Shown here piece by piece: positions 1 through 9,734 of a stretch of DNA of 53,270 nucleotides (positions within the stretch are counted from its first letter, which is position 1; the number at the start of each line of letters is the position of its first letter). The notes under the pieces are model-generated. The model saw nothing but the letters and a program-made list of their open reading frames with translations. It did no database searches and had not been told where the DNA came from. The stretch is from Candidatus Levyibacteriota bacterium. Its GTDB lineage: Bacteria; Patescibacteriota; Microgenomatia; Levybacterales; UBA12049. The DNA lies in assembly GCA_027459745.1 (NCBI GenBank), contig DAIDHL010000008.1, positions 1-53,270 of the forward strand, in the 5' to 3' direction. The translations under genes were made by a program, and so were the position numbers.

Positions 1-894
1 GCTAACTGCCTGATTGGGATTAATTGAAGTCGATACATAAATATCTGTGGCTTGTAAAAAATCTAATAAATCCGGCAAAGAGAGGTATTGATCATAAAAT
101 TTAACGTGTTTTTGCAAACCTAATCTGCGTACTAATTTTGCCAATTCTAACCTGTACATTTCACCCTCATTACGCCTTATAACAGGATGTGTTTCTCCAA
201 TAATCAGATAAATTAATGAAGGATGTTTTTTAATAACCGCGGGAAGTGCTTCTATTACATATTCTATCCCCTTTCCACGACTTAAAAGTCCGAATGTACT
301 TATAACTAATCTGTTTTTCAGTTCTAATTTTATTTTAAATTCTTTTTGCAGAGAGAAATTTACAGGGTGTATTCCGTGAGGAATAATAAAGATTTTGCCT
401 TTCGATTCAGGATATAATTTCTCAATTACTTTTTTAGAACTTTTTGTAAGGACTACCAGATTACTTGCTAATTCAATAATCTTTTTAGTAACCATTTGCA
501 TCTTTTCATCAGGGGAAGGTAGTGCTGTATGTAGAGTTACTAACATTGGTTTTTGGCAATTTTGCATGAAATGTAGTAATTTATCTCCTTGTACTCCACC
601 AAAGATTCCATATTCGTGTTGAATAATTACTCCCGAGATAAATTTATCTTCATTTAATTCTTTGGCTAAATCCAGATAGTCCGATTTGCTGTTTTGATCT
701 ATTTCCCAAGTGACTTCCGGTGGATATTTATAGCTGTCCAAGGGTGAGACATTAAGGGCAGCAATCTTAAATTTAAAGCCTATTCCTAAATTTTTTTTAC
801 AATACCGGAACAAATCTTGTGTAAAGGTTGCTATTCCGCATTCACGAGGTGGGTATGTACTGAGAAAGACTATGGTGGGTTTGTTTTCTGACAC
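1..894 (-). CDS. Glycosyltransferase family 4 (runs off the window start; C-terminus missing)
   Basis: Not in the ORF track. The minus strand from GTG at 894 reads VSENKPTIVFLSTYPPRECGIATFTQDL..., a typical GT4 N-terminus; IQHEYGIFGG, IPHG and FGLLSRGKGIE follow in the same frame. Confidence 0.85.
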   Translation of the reverse strand, partial: MSENKPTIVFLSTYPPRECGIATFTQDLFRYCKKNLGIGFKFKIAALNVSPLDSYKYPPEVTWEIDQNSKSDYLDLAKELNEDKFISGVIIQHEYGIFGGVQGDKLLHFMQNCQKPMLVTLHTALPSPDEKMQMVTKKIIELASNLVVLTKSSKKVIEKLYPESKGKIFIIPHGIHPVNFSLQKEFKIKLELKNRLVISTFGLLSRGKGIEYVIEALPAVIKKHPSLIYLIIGETHPVIRRNEGEMYRLELAKLVRRLGLQKHVKFYDQYLSLPDLLDFLQATDIYVSTSINPNQAVS

Positions 895-997
895 CTAAGT
901 CCATTATACTCTTTATGGAAGCAAATAAGGGTATCAATCTATTAAACCTTCAAGCCTGCAAAGATTTGTTTGTCAGAAATACCTATTTCTAAATTTA

Positions 998-1026
998 TTG
1001 ATTGCTTTAATCCAATCCGGTATAAT
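998..1026 (+). promoter_or_regulatory. Sigma70-type promoter upstream of tRNA-Gln
   Basis: TTGATT-N17-TATAAT. Confidence 0.5.
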
Positions 1027-1121
1027 TATAAGATACATTTTAATACATCTTCTTGGACATAAAGAAATATTCACAGAAGATAATTATATGTAATCTTGTT
1101 TTAAGAAAAATATTTTTATAT

Positions 1122-1192
1122 TGTCGAGTCGTCTAATGGTAGGACAACAGACTTTGGATCTGTTTATTCTGGTTCGAATCCAGGCTCGACAG
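1122..1192 (+). tRNA. tRNA-Gln(TTG), CCA not encoded
   Basis: Acceptor stem TGTCGAG/CTCGACA, D arm GTCTAATGGTAGGAC, anticodon arm ACAGA-CTTTGGA-TCTGT, T arm CTGG-TTCGAAT-CCAG, discriminator G. Confidence 0.95.
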
Positions 1193-2861
1193 CTAACATA
1201 CCTTGACCAGACATAAAATCATCGTTTAGCTTGATACACTGGGCTAATTTAGGTGTTCCAGAAAGTATTTCCGCATAGGTTGGGGCTTCATCGAATAAAA
1301 CCCCAAAATAGGCTGCTTTTTGTACAGAATCCGTGCCTAAAATGAGTAATTCTTCTAAGTGTTCCAGAAAATATTTGATGTAGACCATAACTACCTTCAT
1401 ATCTATTGGCTGTGCGTCAACTGCTTTCTGTTTCTCACCTAAAAGATCAGTGAGCTGCTGTTCTGTTGTTATCAATTCCTGCTCCATATACTTAATCGCA
1501 ACTTCAGAGGTTAAAAACTTTATCTTATCAATTGTCTGCTTTGTCTGTGTTTTTAATTGCGTAATCCTGTCATCAATAGTAACTTCATCTTTTACGACTT
1601 CTATATTTCGCTTTTCCCACTCAGTATTTACATTATTAACCAGTGCGTCAATATATCCATCTGCAAGTCGAATGTTCTTCACAAACTTAAATATTGCATC
1701 TTCAAAATCTTTCTTCGGTACACGTAAATAATGCCCCCGCTTATTACAGTGATAGGCTGGATAGTATTTGCCCAGACGTCCTTTTGAGGCACTGCCAAAA
1801 AACGGTTTTTCACAGTGCGGGCACAATACATATTTTCTATATGGAAAATCAGGATTTCTTACGCCTTTCTTTAGTAGCCATTCGGGAGTTGGCTTTTTGT
1901 GTATTGTTACCTCACCGTTTTCTTCAGAAATAATAATTTTGCCATTATTTGCCTTGTTGAACATATCTATTGAGACTAATCCGTCATATTTAGCTTTTAC
2001 ACGCTGATTTGCCGTCCATTTTTCCATGCTTACTCCGGCGTAGATTGGATTTTGGATGAAGCGCCAAAACCCCTTGATATTTAGAGGATTTCCACCGTGT
2101 TCTTTTTTGATTTTGGTTCTATCGTGTGCATCTCTGATGTATTTCACTCTGGTAATAAAACCTAATTTGTTAATCTCCTCAACAATTTGGTGATCGTTGA
2201 GGGTTCCATGACACCGGAGCTCAAACATCTTAATAATAAATTGGGCTTCAGTCGGATGAGGTTTTAAGATGCAACGTTTTCCATTTGGTGTTTCTATTTT
2301 CTCAATGACATAACCGTAAGGAGCTTCCCTGACCCAATAACCCATCCGAGCATAACGAATTTCAGCTCCGATCATTCTTGACATAATATCCCGCATCTCG
2401 TCTTTTGCCCGTTCTGCTTCTAATATTTCGGCTTTTTTCGTAGGAGAATAGACACTCCAGTCAAAGGAGACACCTAAATGCTCTAATGTATTTACTTTTT
2501 GTGAGCTAATGATGCCGTAGATGTCGATAAGTTTAATATTGCAGTGATCAAGCTGCATTTTTAAATAATCGTAAGAGTATGAACCACCTCTAGTAAATCG
2601 GTCAATGGATTTAATAATAAAGAGCTGGATATTATTAGCGGGATGTTTACAGTAATTAACCGCTTCCTGCATAGGCTGCTGCTCTTTGGACGCAGATTCC
2701 ATAAAAACAAAGAACTTTTTAATTGTAATATTGTGAGTTTGAGCAAATCTTTCTAATTGTTCTTTTTGTGCCTCAGGAGAATCACCATCCGTTCCTTGTT
2801 TGGTTGATGATACACGGATAGCTGCGACTGCATTTTCAGGATTTGATAGGATTGTATTCAT
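1164..2861 (-). CDS. Large serine recombinase (integrase)
   Basis: N-terminal IRVSSTKQ catalytic Ser motif, SIDRFTR, APYGY recombinase domain, CPHC...YHC zinc ribbon, coiled coil; the last codons overlap the tRNA. Confidence 0.93.
   Translation of the reverse strand: MNTILSNPENAVAAIRVSSTKQGTDGDSPEAQKEQLERFAQTHNITIKKFFVFMESASKEQQPMQEAVNYCKHPANNIQLFIIKSIDRFTRGGSYSYDYLKMQLDHCNIKLIDIYGIISSQKVNTLEHLGVSFDWSVYSPTKKAEILEAERAKDEMRDIMSRMIGAEIRYARMGYWVREAPYGYVIEKIETPNGKRCILKPHPTEAQFIIKMFELRCHGTLNDHQIVEEINKLGFITRVKYIRDAHDRTKIKKEHGGNPLNIKGFWRFIQNPIYAGVSMEKWTANQRVKAKYDGLVSIDMFNKANNGKIIISEENGEVTIHKKPTPEWLLKKGVRNPDFPYRKYVLCPHCEKPFFGSASKGRLGKYYPAYHCNKRGHYLRVPKKDFEDAIFKFVKNIRLADGYIDALVNNVNTEWEKRNIEVVKDEVTIDDRITQLKTQTKQTIDKIKFLTSEVAIKYMEQELITTEQQLTDLLGEKQKAVDAQPIDMKVVMVYIKYFLEHLEELLILGTDSVQKAAYFGVLFDEAPTYAEILSGTPKLAQCIKLNDDFMSGQGMLAVEPGFEPE
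1181..1193 (+). repeat. attL (CAGGCTCGACAGC)
   Basis: tRNA 3' end; 11/13 identical to 41424-41436. Confidence 0.75.
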
Positions 2862-2862
2862 A

Positions 2863-3033
2863 TTATTTCATCTGAATTTTGGTTTTTAATATTACACTAC
2901 CGTTTCTCTGATCTTCCAGCATTTTATCGATGATAAGGTTGGCCAAAAAACAAATTCTTTCTTCTATTGAGAGAGTTGAAGTAATGGGGCGAGTATATGA
3001 TTTTTTGTTCAAAATACCTTTAATTCTACCCAT
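2863..3033 (-). CDS. 56-aa protein directly upstream of the integrase (candidate directionality factor/DNA-binding protein)
   Basis: Own translation: MGRIKGILNKKSYTRPITSTLSIEERICFLANLIIDKMLEDQRNGSVILKTKIQMK; stop is 1 nt before the integrase ATG; lies just after a promoter. Confidence 0.7.
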   Translation of the reverse strand: MGRIKGILNKKSYTRPITSTLSIEERICFLANLIIDKMLEDQRNGSVILKTKIQMK

Positions 3034-3038
3034 AATTG

Positions 3039-3087
3039 AATTATCCTTACAAGGATAATTGTACTATCCCTACAGGCATAATGTCAA
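3039..3087 (-). promoter_or_regulatory. Integrase-operon promoter with a palindromic operator pair
   Basis: Minus strand TTGACA(3087-3082)-N18-TACAAT(3063-3058); perfect IR AATTATCCTT-AC-AAGGATAATT at 3039-3060; degenerate copy TATCCCTACAGGCATA at 3065-3080. Confidence 0.7.
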
Positions 3088-3188
3088 GTAAGAAAACAGT
3101 TATAATTAACCACTGTTAATTCAATTTAATAGGTCTATATTAAATTAATAATCACATTTAGATCATAATGATATAATTATATATATCT

Positions 3189-5333
3189 ATGGCATTCGCA
3201 AGTGACGCAGCAATCGAATCTAGAAAAGAAGATCGACTTAATCGATATCCTTTTTCAGAGCATTTAGGTAATGCAATTCTTAATTGGACTAATATTGAAA
3301 CTATGGTTCTGGGATTGTATGGTGAATGGGGAGCTGGTAAAAGTTCTATAATAAATTTATCTCTAGAGTATATTATAAAAACAACAGGAAAAGATAATAA
3401 AACATCACCTATAATATTTCGTTTTAATCCTTGGAACTTTACCGAGCAAAATCAATTAGTTACTATTTTCTTTTCTGAGTTATCAAAAGTTATTGGATTT
3501 CAGGGAAATTCAGAACAAGCAACTGAGATAGGAAAAAAACTATTATCTTACAGTAAATTCTTTACACCCCTAACTATCTTAGCACCATTTTTTCCTCAAT
3601 TCGCTGAATTAATGAAATTGCCAGAAAGTACTTTAAAGGAAATGGGTAATGCCACAAAAGAATGGTCTGAACTTAATGATAAAGATTTATCCGCAATTAA
3701 AGCTGAACTCTACAAGCAAATTATAAAACTTCATCGCAAGATAATAATAGTCATAGATGATATTGATAGATTAAATAATCAAGAGATGCGGCAGATCTTT
3801 CAACTAGTTAAAATGAATGCTAATTTCCCAAACACAATATATATTCTTTCTTTGGACGATCAAAAGGTTGCTGCCATGTTAACAGAGGATAAATTCCCAG
3901 GAAAAGATTATTTAGAAAAGATTATACAGGTACCGTTCCATGTACCAACAATTGAGAAAGCTCGACTAGAGAAAATTCTATTTAAAGAATTAGATTCCAT
4001 TATAAAACCACTCTTATCAAAATCCACCCCTTTTGAGAAAAAAAGGTGGCAAGATATATACTTTGAAGGGTTAAGTGGTGTCTTCCCTTCGTTGCGTAGT
4101 GTGAAACGGTATATCAATAGTTTACGTTTTACTATTATGCTTGTCCCAAACGAAATTAATATTGTTGATTTTATGGGTATTGAATCTCTTCGTGTATTTT
4201 TTCCCGAAGTTTACACGCATATTGCAAAAAATAAAACATTATTTGTTGGTGATGTGTACTCTATTGATCGGGATGATAGGAAAGCTAAAGTGGAGAAAAT
4301 TAATAAAATGGTAGAAAGTGTACCTGAATCTGATAGAAAATACGTTTTACACATAATATATAAACTATTCCCACAAATTGCTAATAATTATGGATCTGAG
4401 TGGCAGGATATTTGGGAAGGTCAAAAATTTATCTGTTCTAGATATAGATATGATAGGTACTTTTTCCTTTCAGTTCCAGAAGGACAATTACCACAACAAG
4501 AAATTAATAAACTGATTGTAAAATCTGATAATATAAATGATTTAGAAAACTCATTAATAAAATTAATTAGATTGAAAAGAGTAAGAAAGTTTTTAAGTCG
4601 GTTACCTGATTTTAAAGAATTAATACCACAAAAAAATATAGCAAATTTCATTATTGCTATGTTTAATATTAGCGATAAACTTCCACAAGGCAGAGAACAT
4701 GATTTTGACTTCGGAGCAACAATGGAGGCTACTCGAATTGCGTACCACCTACTAAACAATATCGAAGATCAAAAAACAAGACAAAAGATTGCATTTAAAG
4801 TTATACAAGGTACTTCTGGAATAATCGCACCATTGGAGTTCGTATTTTATGAGGTAGAAAGAATGGAAAAAAATGAACATACCAGACTATTTAAAGATAA
4901 TAAGACTGTCGAAAAGCTTAAAGAAATAATGTGCAAGAAATTAGAAGAACGAGTAAAAGTTGATAATTTAAAATCTGTCCCTAATTTACAAAATATTCTA
5001 TTAATTTGGAAGAATTGGAAGGGTGATGAAAAGGCTAAAATATTAGTAGCATCCCTTCAAACAAGTACTGACGGAATCGGGAGCATTTTAGAAGGATTTA
5101 GCTATCAACGACATTTTGGGAATCCAAAGAATATTAATTTTTGGGATATATCATTTAAAAGTATTGAAATGTTTACGGATATAGAAGAATTTAAAAAGAA
5201 AGTGAAATCCTTATCAAAGGAAGATATAAAGTTATTTTCGCCACAACAAAAAATGGCACTTAAACTTTTTAATAAATTGATTAAATTTCCTAAAGGAAAT
5301 ATAAATGATTCTATAGAAGATAATCATGAATAA
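3189..5333 (+). CDS. KAP family P-loop NTPase
   Basis: D..DRLNR start, Walker A GEWGAGKSS, FNPWNF, Walker B IVIDDIDRL, YLEKIIQVPF, KRYIN. Confidence 0.9.
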   Translation: MAFASDAAIESRKEDRLNRYPFSEHLGNAILNWTNIETMVLGLYGEWGAGKSSIINLSLEYIIKTTGKDNKTSPIIFRFNPWNFTEQNQLVTIFFSELSKVIGFQGNSEQATEIGKKLLSYSKFFTPLTILAPFFPQFAELMKLPESTLKEMGNATKEWSELNDKDLSAIKAELYKQIIKLHRKIIIVIDDIDRLNNQEMRQIFQLVKMNANFPNTIYILSLDDQKVAAMLTEDKFPGKDYLEKIIQVPFHVPTIEKARLEKILFKELDSIIKPLLSKSTPFEKKRWQDIYFEGLSGVFPSLRSVKRYINSLRFTIMLVPNEINIVDFMGIESLRVFFPEVYTHIAKNKTLFVGDVYSIDRDDRKAKVEKINKMVESVPESDRKYVLHIIYKLFPQIANNYGSEWQDIWEGQKFICSRYRYDRYFFLSVPEGQLPQQEINKLIVKSDNINDLENSLIKLIRLKRVRKFLSRLPDFKELIPQKNIANFIIAMFNISDKLPQGREHDFDFGATMEATRIAYHLLNNIEDQKTRQKIAFKVIQGTSGIIAPLEFVFYEVERMEKNEHTRLFKDNKTVEKLKEIMCKKLEERVKVDNLKSVPNLQNILLIWKNWKGDEKAKILVASLQTSTDGIGSILEGFSYQRHFGNPKNINFWDISFKSIEMFTDIEEFKKKVKSLSKEDIKLFSPQQKMALKLFNKLIKFPKGNINDSIEDNHE

Positions 5334-5410
5334 TAGTTAGTGCTAAATTCTCACTTTTTACTTTTCCTTGGATCTGTGCTATAACTCAAGCTAATTCCTG
5401 CCTATGAAAC

Positions 5411-8149
5411 ATGAAAGTGCAGGAAATCATTACTAATCTACAATTCGGCCATATTATTCGTGTGCCATTATTGTATATAGAGCATGAGATACAAGTAATG
5501 ACTACATCACAGCAACAAACGTATATTTTCATCCCTACAATTTATGTTTTTGTTGTAATCGCTCTAATAATTTATTTAGTTCGTAAAATCCTTATACTTC
5601 GAAGAAATTTTTTACAGGAATCTGTATTACTGGAAATAACTCCCCCTGCTTTTACAGAAAAATCCGCTTATACCACTGAACAATTATTCTCTGTTATTCA
5701 TAATGCAAAAAATGGGAACAAATTCATTAATTTGTTACTTGATAAAAAAACAGTATTTTCATTTGAAATTGTTTCAACACGAGAAAAAGGGATTCGGTAT
5801 GTTATACGAACGGATCTAAAACAAAAAGAAAATTTGAAACGGAAAATAACTTCTTATCTTCCAGGAGTTTTAGTTCATGAAGTAAAGGACTATTTGAAAA
5901 ATCCAATAGAGACATATAATTCATCTCGACAAATTATTGAATTAAAACTTAGTAGTCATTTTGCATATCCACTCGAGAAACAGAATATGCTTGATCAGCA
6001 TGATCCTGTGGCATATATAACAGGTATGATGACTCAGTTAAAGAAGGATGAGTTAATTGCCATACAAATTGTTCTTGCACCAATAAAAACAATTGAGGCA
6101 AAGAAGATATCTAATATGATTTTGAGACAGGAAGATGTGCTCTCGTATCTTGATTCAATTCGACCATCTGGTTTTGTAAAGGTATTGCTTGATGCTATAA
6201 AACTAATTGGACTGATTATCAACAAAGTAGGTCAAGAGTTACAATGGGCACTCACTGAAATGATGCATGGCAGTAGCAGTATGAGTTCTGTAAATATGTA
6301 CAGTACAACTGCTTATCAACAGCAATTGAAAGTAACCAAAATTAAACCAATGCGCCAACTCTCTTCTTTTGAAACAGAAATTGTGACTTCAATACAGGCA
6401 AAGATTACACAACCATTATTTGCAACTAGCATTAGAGTACTTGTTTCTGTAAGCTCTCAAGATGAATTACAAGAACGTGTGAATGGATTAATTTCATCAT
6501 TTGAGCCATTTAGTGTTCCACAATATCAGTCGCTTAAAACAAAGTGGAATTTCCCACCAGTTCTTATAAAACAGATTCGTGATCTTGTTTTTCAAAAACG
6601 ATTATTATCTCTTATCAATAACAAAAGCTCTTCTCTTCTCTCAGTTTCAGAAGTGGCAGATTTATATCATTTCCCTTTTTCTAACGTTACCCAAACAGAA
6701 AATATCGCAAAAAGCTATAGCTATGAGTTGCCAGCTCCTGTGTCTCTAAAACAAGGAACAAAATTTGATGTAATTTTTGGAAGAAATATGTATGCGGGCG
6801 TCGAAACACTTATTGGATTAACACCTGATCAACGAGCAAGACATATGGTCATTTTTGGAGGAACTGGAAATGGAAAAACAACGTTGATATCAGAAATGAT
6901 GCAGCAAGATATGCAAAATGGGAAAGGCCTATGTTTTATTGATCCGCATGGAGACGCAGCAGAACGTGCATTACAAATGATTCCCACGGATCGCGAAAAA
7001 GATGTCGTTTGGGTCGATCCGTATGACATAGATCGTCCTCTGGCAATTAATTTAATGGAGTTGACACCCAACTTAAAACAAAATGATGCACTACGCGAGA
7101 AAGAACGTGTTGCTGAAGGTATTGTATCCCTCTTCCGAAGAGTTTGTGCGAGTGATTTTTCTAAAGCTGGGAGTAATGCATTCCGTATTGAGAACACACT
7201 CCTCAACGCAATCTATACAGCATTTTACGTTCCCGATTGCACGCTCTTTACTATTTATGATTTGTTAAATGATCCGGTATTCCTCAGAAAAACAGTTGGA
7301 AGCATAGAGGATAAACGATTAAAAGATTTCTGGAAAAATGAATTTGGCAGGGCAGGAGATTATCAAATAGTAAAAATGGTTGGTGGTGTAACTGCAAGAA
7401 TTGGTAAGTTTCTGCATAGTGAATCAGCGCGAAGAATATTTGAGCAACCAAAATCAACGCTTCTATTTGATCATTTGATGGATAGTAAAAAGATAATCTT
7501 GTGTAATCTTTCAAAAGGAAAATTGAGTGAAGACATATCACAGGTTATCGGCACAGCTATCTTAACAAAAATGCAACTCTCTATTATGGCAAGAGCAACA
7601 ATACATGAATCAGAGCGAATACCTTTTTATCTATATATTGACGAATTCCAAAACTTTGCGAGCGATTATTTTGTCGGGATGTTAGCTGAAGCAAGAAAAT
7701 ATAAGTTACATATTGTTATAGTTGAACAGTCAACGAGTCAGCAACAAGATCAGAGCCTTATCAATATTATTCTTGCCAATGTGGCAATTATCATTTGTTT
7801 TAGAACAGCAAACCCAGCTGATGAGGATTTAATACTGCCACAATTTGCACCTATGGTGAAAAAGGGAGATATCATGAATCTTCCCTGGTTTCATTTTTTT
7901 ATTAAAATATATGCCGCTGTTGCACAAGAACCTTTCACCGGTGAAACAGTACCCCTTAGAGCTGGAGATGACAAAGAGAAAGGTAAAAGAATTATACAGC
8001 TATCTAGTCAAAAATATGGGAATATATATAAGCGTCTACATCCAAAAAGTGATGCACAACAGACACCCAACATTATCGATACAAAGGATAAAAATAATAA
8101 AACTATTACAGATACTACTATAATAAAGGGTTCACCTGATGAAAATTAA
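5411..8149 (+). CDS. Type IV coupling protein-like ATPase (VirD4/TrwB/TraD family) with long N-terminal domain
   Basis: N-terminal TM, RHMVIFGGTGNGKT Walker A, IDPHGD, LYIDEFQNF Walker B, EARKYKL; start uncertain. Confidence 0.85.
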   Translation: MKVQEIITNLQFGHIIRVPLLYIEHEIQVMTTSQQQTYIFIPTIYVFVVIALIIYLVRKILILRRNFLQESVLLEITPPAFTEKSAYTTEQLFSVIHNAKNGNKFINLLLDKKTVFSFEIVSTREKGIRYVIRTDLKQKENLKRKITSYLPGVLVHEVKDYLKNPIETYNSSRQIIELKLSSHFAYPLEKQNMLDQHDPVAYITGMMTQLKKDELIAIQIVLAPIKTIEAKKISNMILRQEDVLSYLDSIRPSGFVKVLLDAIKLIGLIINKVGQELQWALTEMMHGSSSMSSVNMYSTTAYQQQLKVTKIKPMRQLSSFETEIVTSIQAKITQPLFATSIRVLVSVSSQDELQERVNGLISSFEPFSVPQYQSLKTKWNFPPVLIKQIRDLVFQKRLLSLINNKSSSLLSVSEVADLYHFPFSNVTQTENIAKSYSYELPAPVSLKQGTKFDVIFGRNMYAGVETLIGLTPDQRARHMVIFGGTGNGKTTLISEMMQQDMQNGKGLCFIDPHGDAAERALQMIPTDREKDVVWVDPYDIDRPLAINLMELTPNLKQNDALREKERVAEGIVSLFRRVCASDFSKAGSNAFRIENTLLNAIYTAFYVPDCTLFTIYDLLNDPVFLRKTVGSIEDKRLKDFWKNEFGRAGDYQIVKMVGGVTARIGKFLHSESARRIFEQPKSTLLFDHLMDSKKIILCNLSKGKLSEDISQVIGTAILTKMQLSIMARATIHESERIPFYLYIDEFQNFASDYFVGMLAEARKYKLHIVIVEQSTSQQQDQSLINIILANVAIIICFRTANPADEDLILPQFAPMVKKGDIMNLPWFHFFIKIYAAVAQEPFTGETVPLRAGDDKEKGKRIIQLSSQKYGNIYKRLHPKSDAQQTPNIIDTKDKNNKTITDTTIIKGSPDEN

Positions 8150-8318
8150 AGTCAATTTTGTGGGTACGCGTGTCCATAAAATTTCATCTATAGTGAACCT
8201 AAATAAAACAAAACTACATCCTATTCTTTCTTATATATAAGAAGATGTGTTATACTTCACATCTAGTTTACAATACTAACTTACTCCTTGCCCCTGCTCT
8301 CTATTCTCAACTTACACT

Positions 8319-9092
8319 ATGCTCTTACAATCTATCACTCCAAAACAATTACAAATCTTACGCCTTCTTTATACCTTCCGCTTTCTTACTACTACTCATT
8401 TTCAACTACTTATGCATCATAAAAGCCCTAGTCTTATTCAAGAATGGTTGAAAGATTTGGTAGAGAAAGGTTATATAGTCAGTTCATATTCTAGACAAAA
8501 GCGAAATGAAAATACCAAGCCGGCAATCTTTCATCTTGTTTCGCCTGCCAGACATATATTAAAAAAAGAAAAGGATATTGAGATTGAGGCATTACGATTA
8601 ATTTATAAAGAGAAACGAAAAGGGAAAAAGTTTATTGATCATTGTCTTACACTTGCTGATATCTATTTATTCTTTGAGAAAAAATTAAATAAAGATGAGA
8701 CACTTAAATTTTTTACACGAACGATGTTGACAGGATATGACTATTTTATCAAACCAATACCTGACGCATTTATTGCAATAAAAAATACAACTGGAACAAA
8801 GCGTTATTTTTTGGATTTGTTTGATGAATATACACCTCCATTTGTGTACAGAAAAAGAATTAGACAATACCTTGAATATTCCAGACAGGGTGACTGGGGC
8901 TTAAATACAAATCAAAACAAATTACCTGTTGTATATTTTGTCTGTCCTAATGAAACAGCGAAAAAGCATGTGTACTGGTATGGAAAAAGTATTATTGAAA
9001 AATCATTTGAAGAAGTGACTTTATTTGTCACGACCAAGGACACAATAAAATTTGCTAAAGAAACTCTTGATCCTTGGCAAAAAGTAGCATAA
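8319..9092 (+). CDS. Replication-relaxation (Replic_Relax) family protein, putative relaxase
   Basis: N-terminal wHTH (QILRLLYTFRFLTTTHF), HCL, PD...YFLD PD-(D/E)xK-like core; follows the coupling protein. Confidence 0.75.
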   Translation: MLLQSITPKQLQILRLLYTFRFLTTTHFQLLMHHKSPSLIQEWLKDLVEKGYIVSSYSRQKRNENTKPAIFHLVSPARHILKKEKDIEIEALRLIYKEKRKGKKFIDHCLTLADIYLFFEKKLNKDETLKFFTRTMLTGYDYFIKPIPDAFIAIKNTTGTKRYFLDLFDEYTPPFVYRKRIRQYLEYSRQGDWGLNTNQNKLPVVYFVCPNETAKKHVYWYGKSIIEKSFEEVTLFVTTKDTIKFAKETLDPWQKVA

Positions 9093-9117
9093 CTAGGCAG
9101 ATGGGCAGGGATTTAAA

Positions 9118-9450
9118 CTATATATTCTTATCTAGGCATTCAACCGAACAATACCCGTTAAACGTACTAAAATCCTTTTCCTCACTGAGCGCGTTATGCT
9201 GTGTACCTTCATAGCCACATTGTGGACATGTATAGAATTGGACAATATATTGTTCTGACTGATCAAGAACTCCGACGTTATAGTCTTCATCAGATAAGAA
9301 AACATACCCACTACTTGTATTGAAGTTAAGCGTTAAACCACAATTTAAGAATTCTGCACCATGCTCTGCATAAGCTTTCAATAGCAATTGTGCAAATATG
9401 AGTTCTCTAATTCCAAATTGTGAGAAATCAGCTGTTATTACTGTGCTCAT
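9118..9450 (-). CDS. Hypothetical protein with C-terminal CxxC...CxxxC (leading-region/phage-like)
   Basis: ORF with RBS GAAAGGGGTGA; FNTSSGYVFLSDEDYN motif; CPQC and CSVEC. Confidence 0.65.
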   Translation of the reverse strand: MSTVITADFSQFGIRELIFAQLLLKAYAEHGAEFLNCGLTLNFNTSSGYVFLSDEDYNVGVLDQSEQYIVQFYTCPQCGYEGTQHNALSEEKDFSTFNGYCSVECLDKNI

Positions 9451-9495
9451 TAATTTCACCCCTTTCTGGCTGCGTAATTTTTGAAAATATTTTTA

Positions 9496-9629
9496 TAGGA
9501 AGCAGCCTGCCTGCTTCCTAATACGAGAACGAAGTGATAGCAGGGTGAATTTTGCAAGGGCGAGACAACGATCTCGTTTATATACCCTTGCAAAAGAGGG
9601 GCGCAGCCCCTAACTCAGCAGATCGAGTT
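9496..9629. repeat. GC-rich inverted-repeat cluster (candidate oriT / single-strand origin / ssDNA promoter)
   Basis: TAGGAAGCAG/CTGCTTCCTA (9496-9520); TTTTGCAAGGG/CCCTTGCAAAA (9550-9595) enclosing CGAGA/TCTCG; AGGGGC/GCCCCT (9597-9611); AACTC/GAGTT. Confidence 0.6.
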
Positions 9630-9734
9630 GATTATGTAATACGTTATTACTTACATAGAAAGAGAAGATGAGCAATTTTCAACAACTTCTAGCAATTTCT
9701 ATACCATTTACTATAATAGTGAGAGCCATTTAAT

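Noticed and set aside
395-622. 75-aa plus-strand ORF
   Set aside because: Antisense shadow of the GT4 gene.
8160-8178. Imperfect palindrome GTGGGTACGCGTGTCCAT between the coupling protein and relaxase genes as oriT
   Set aside because: A single short IR with no recognisable nic motif; insufficient support.
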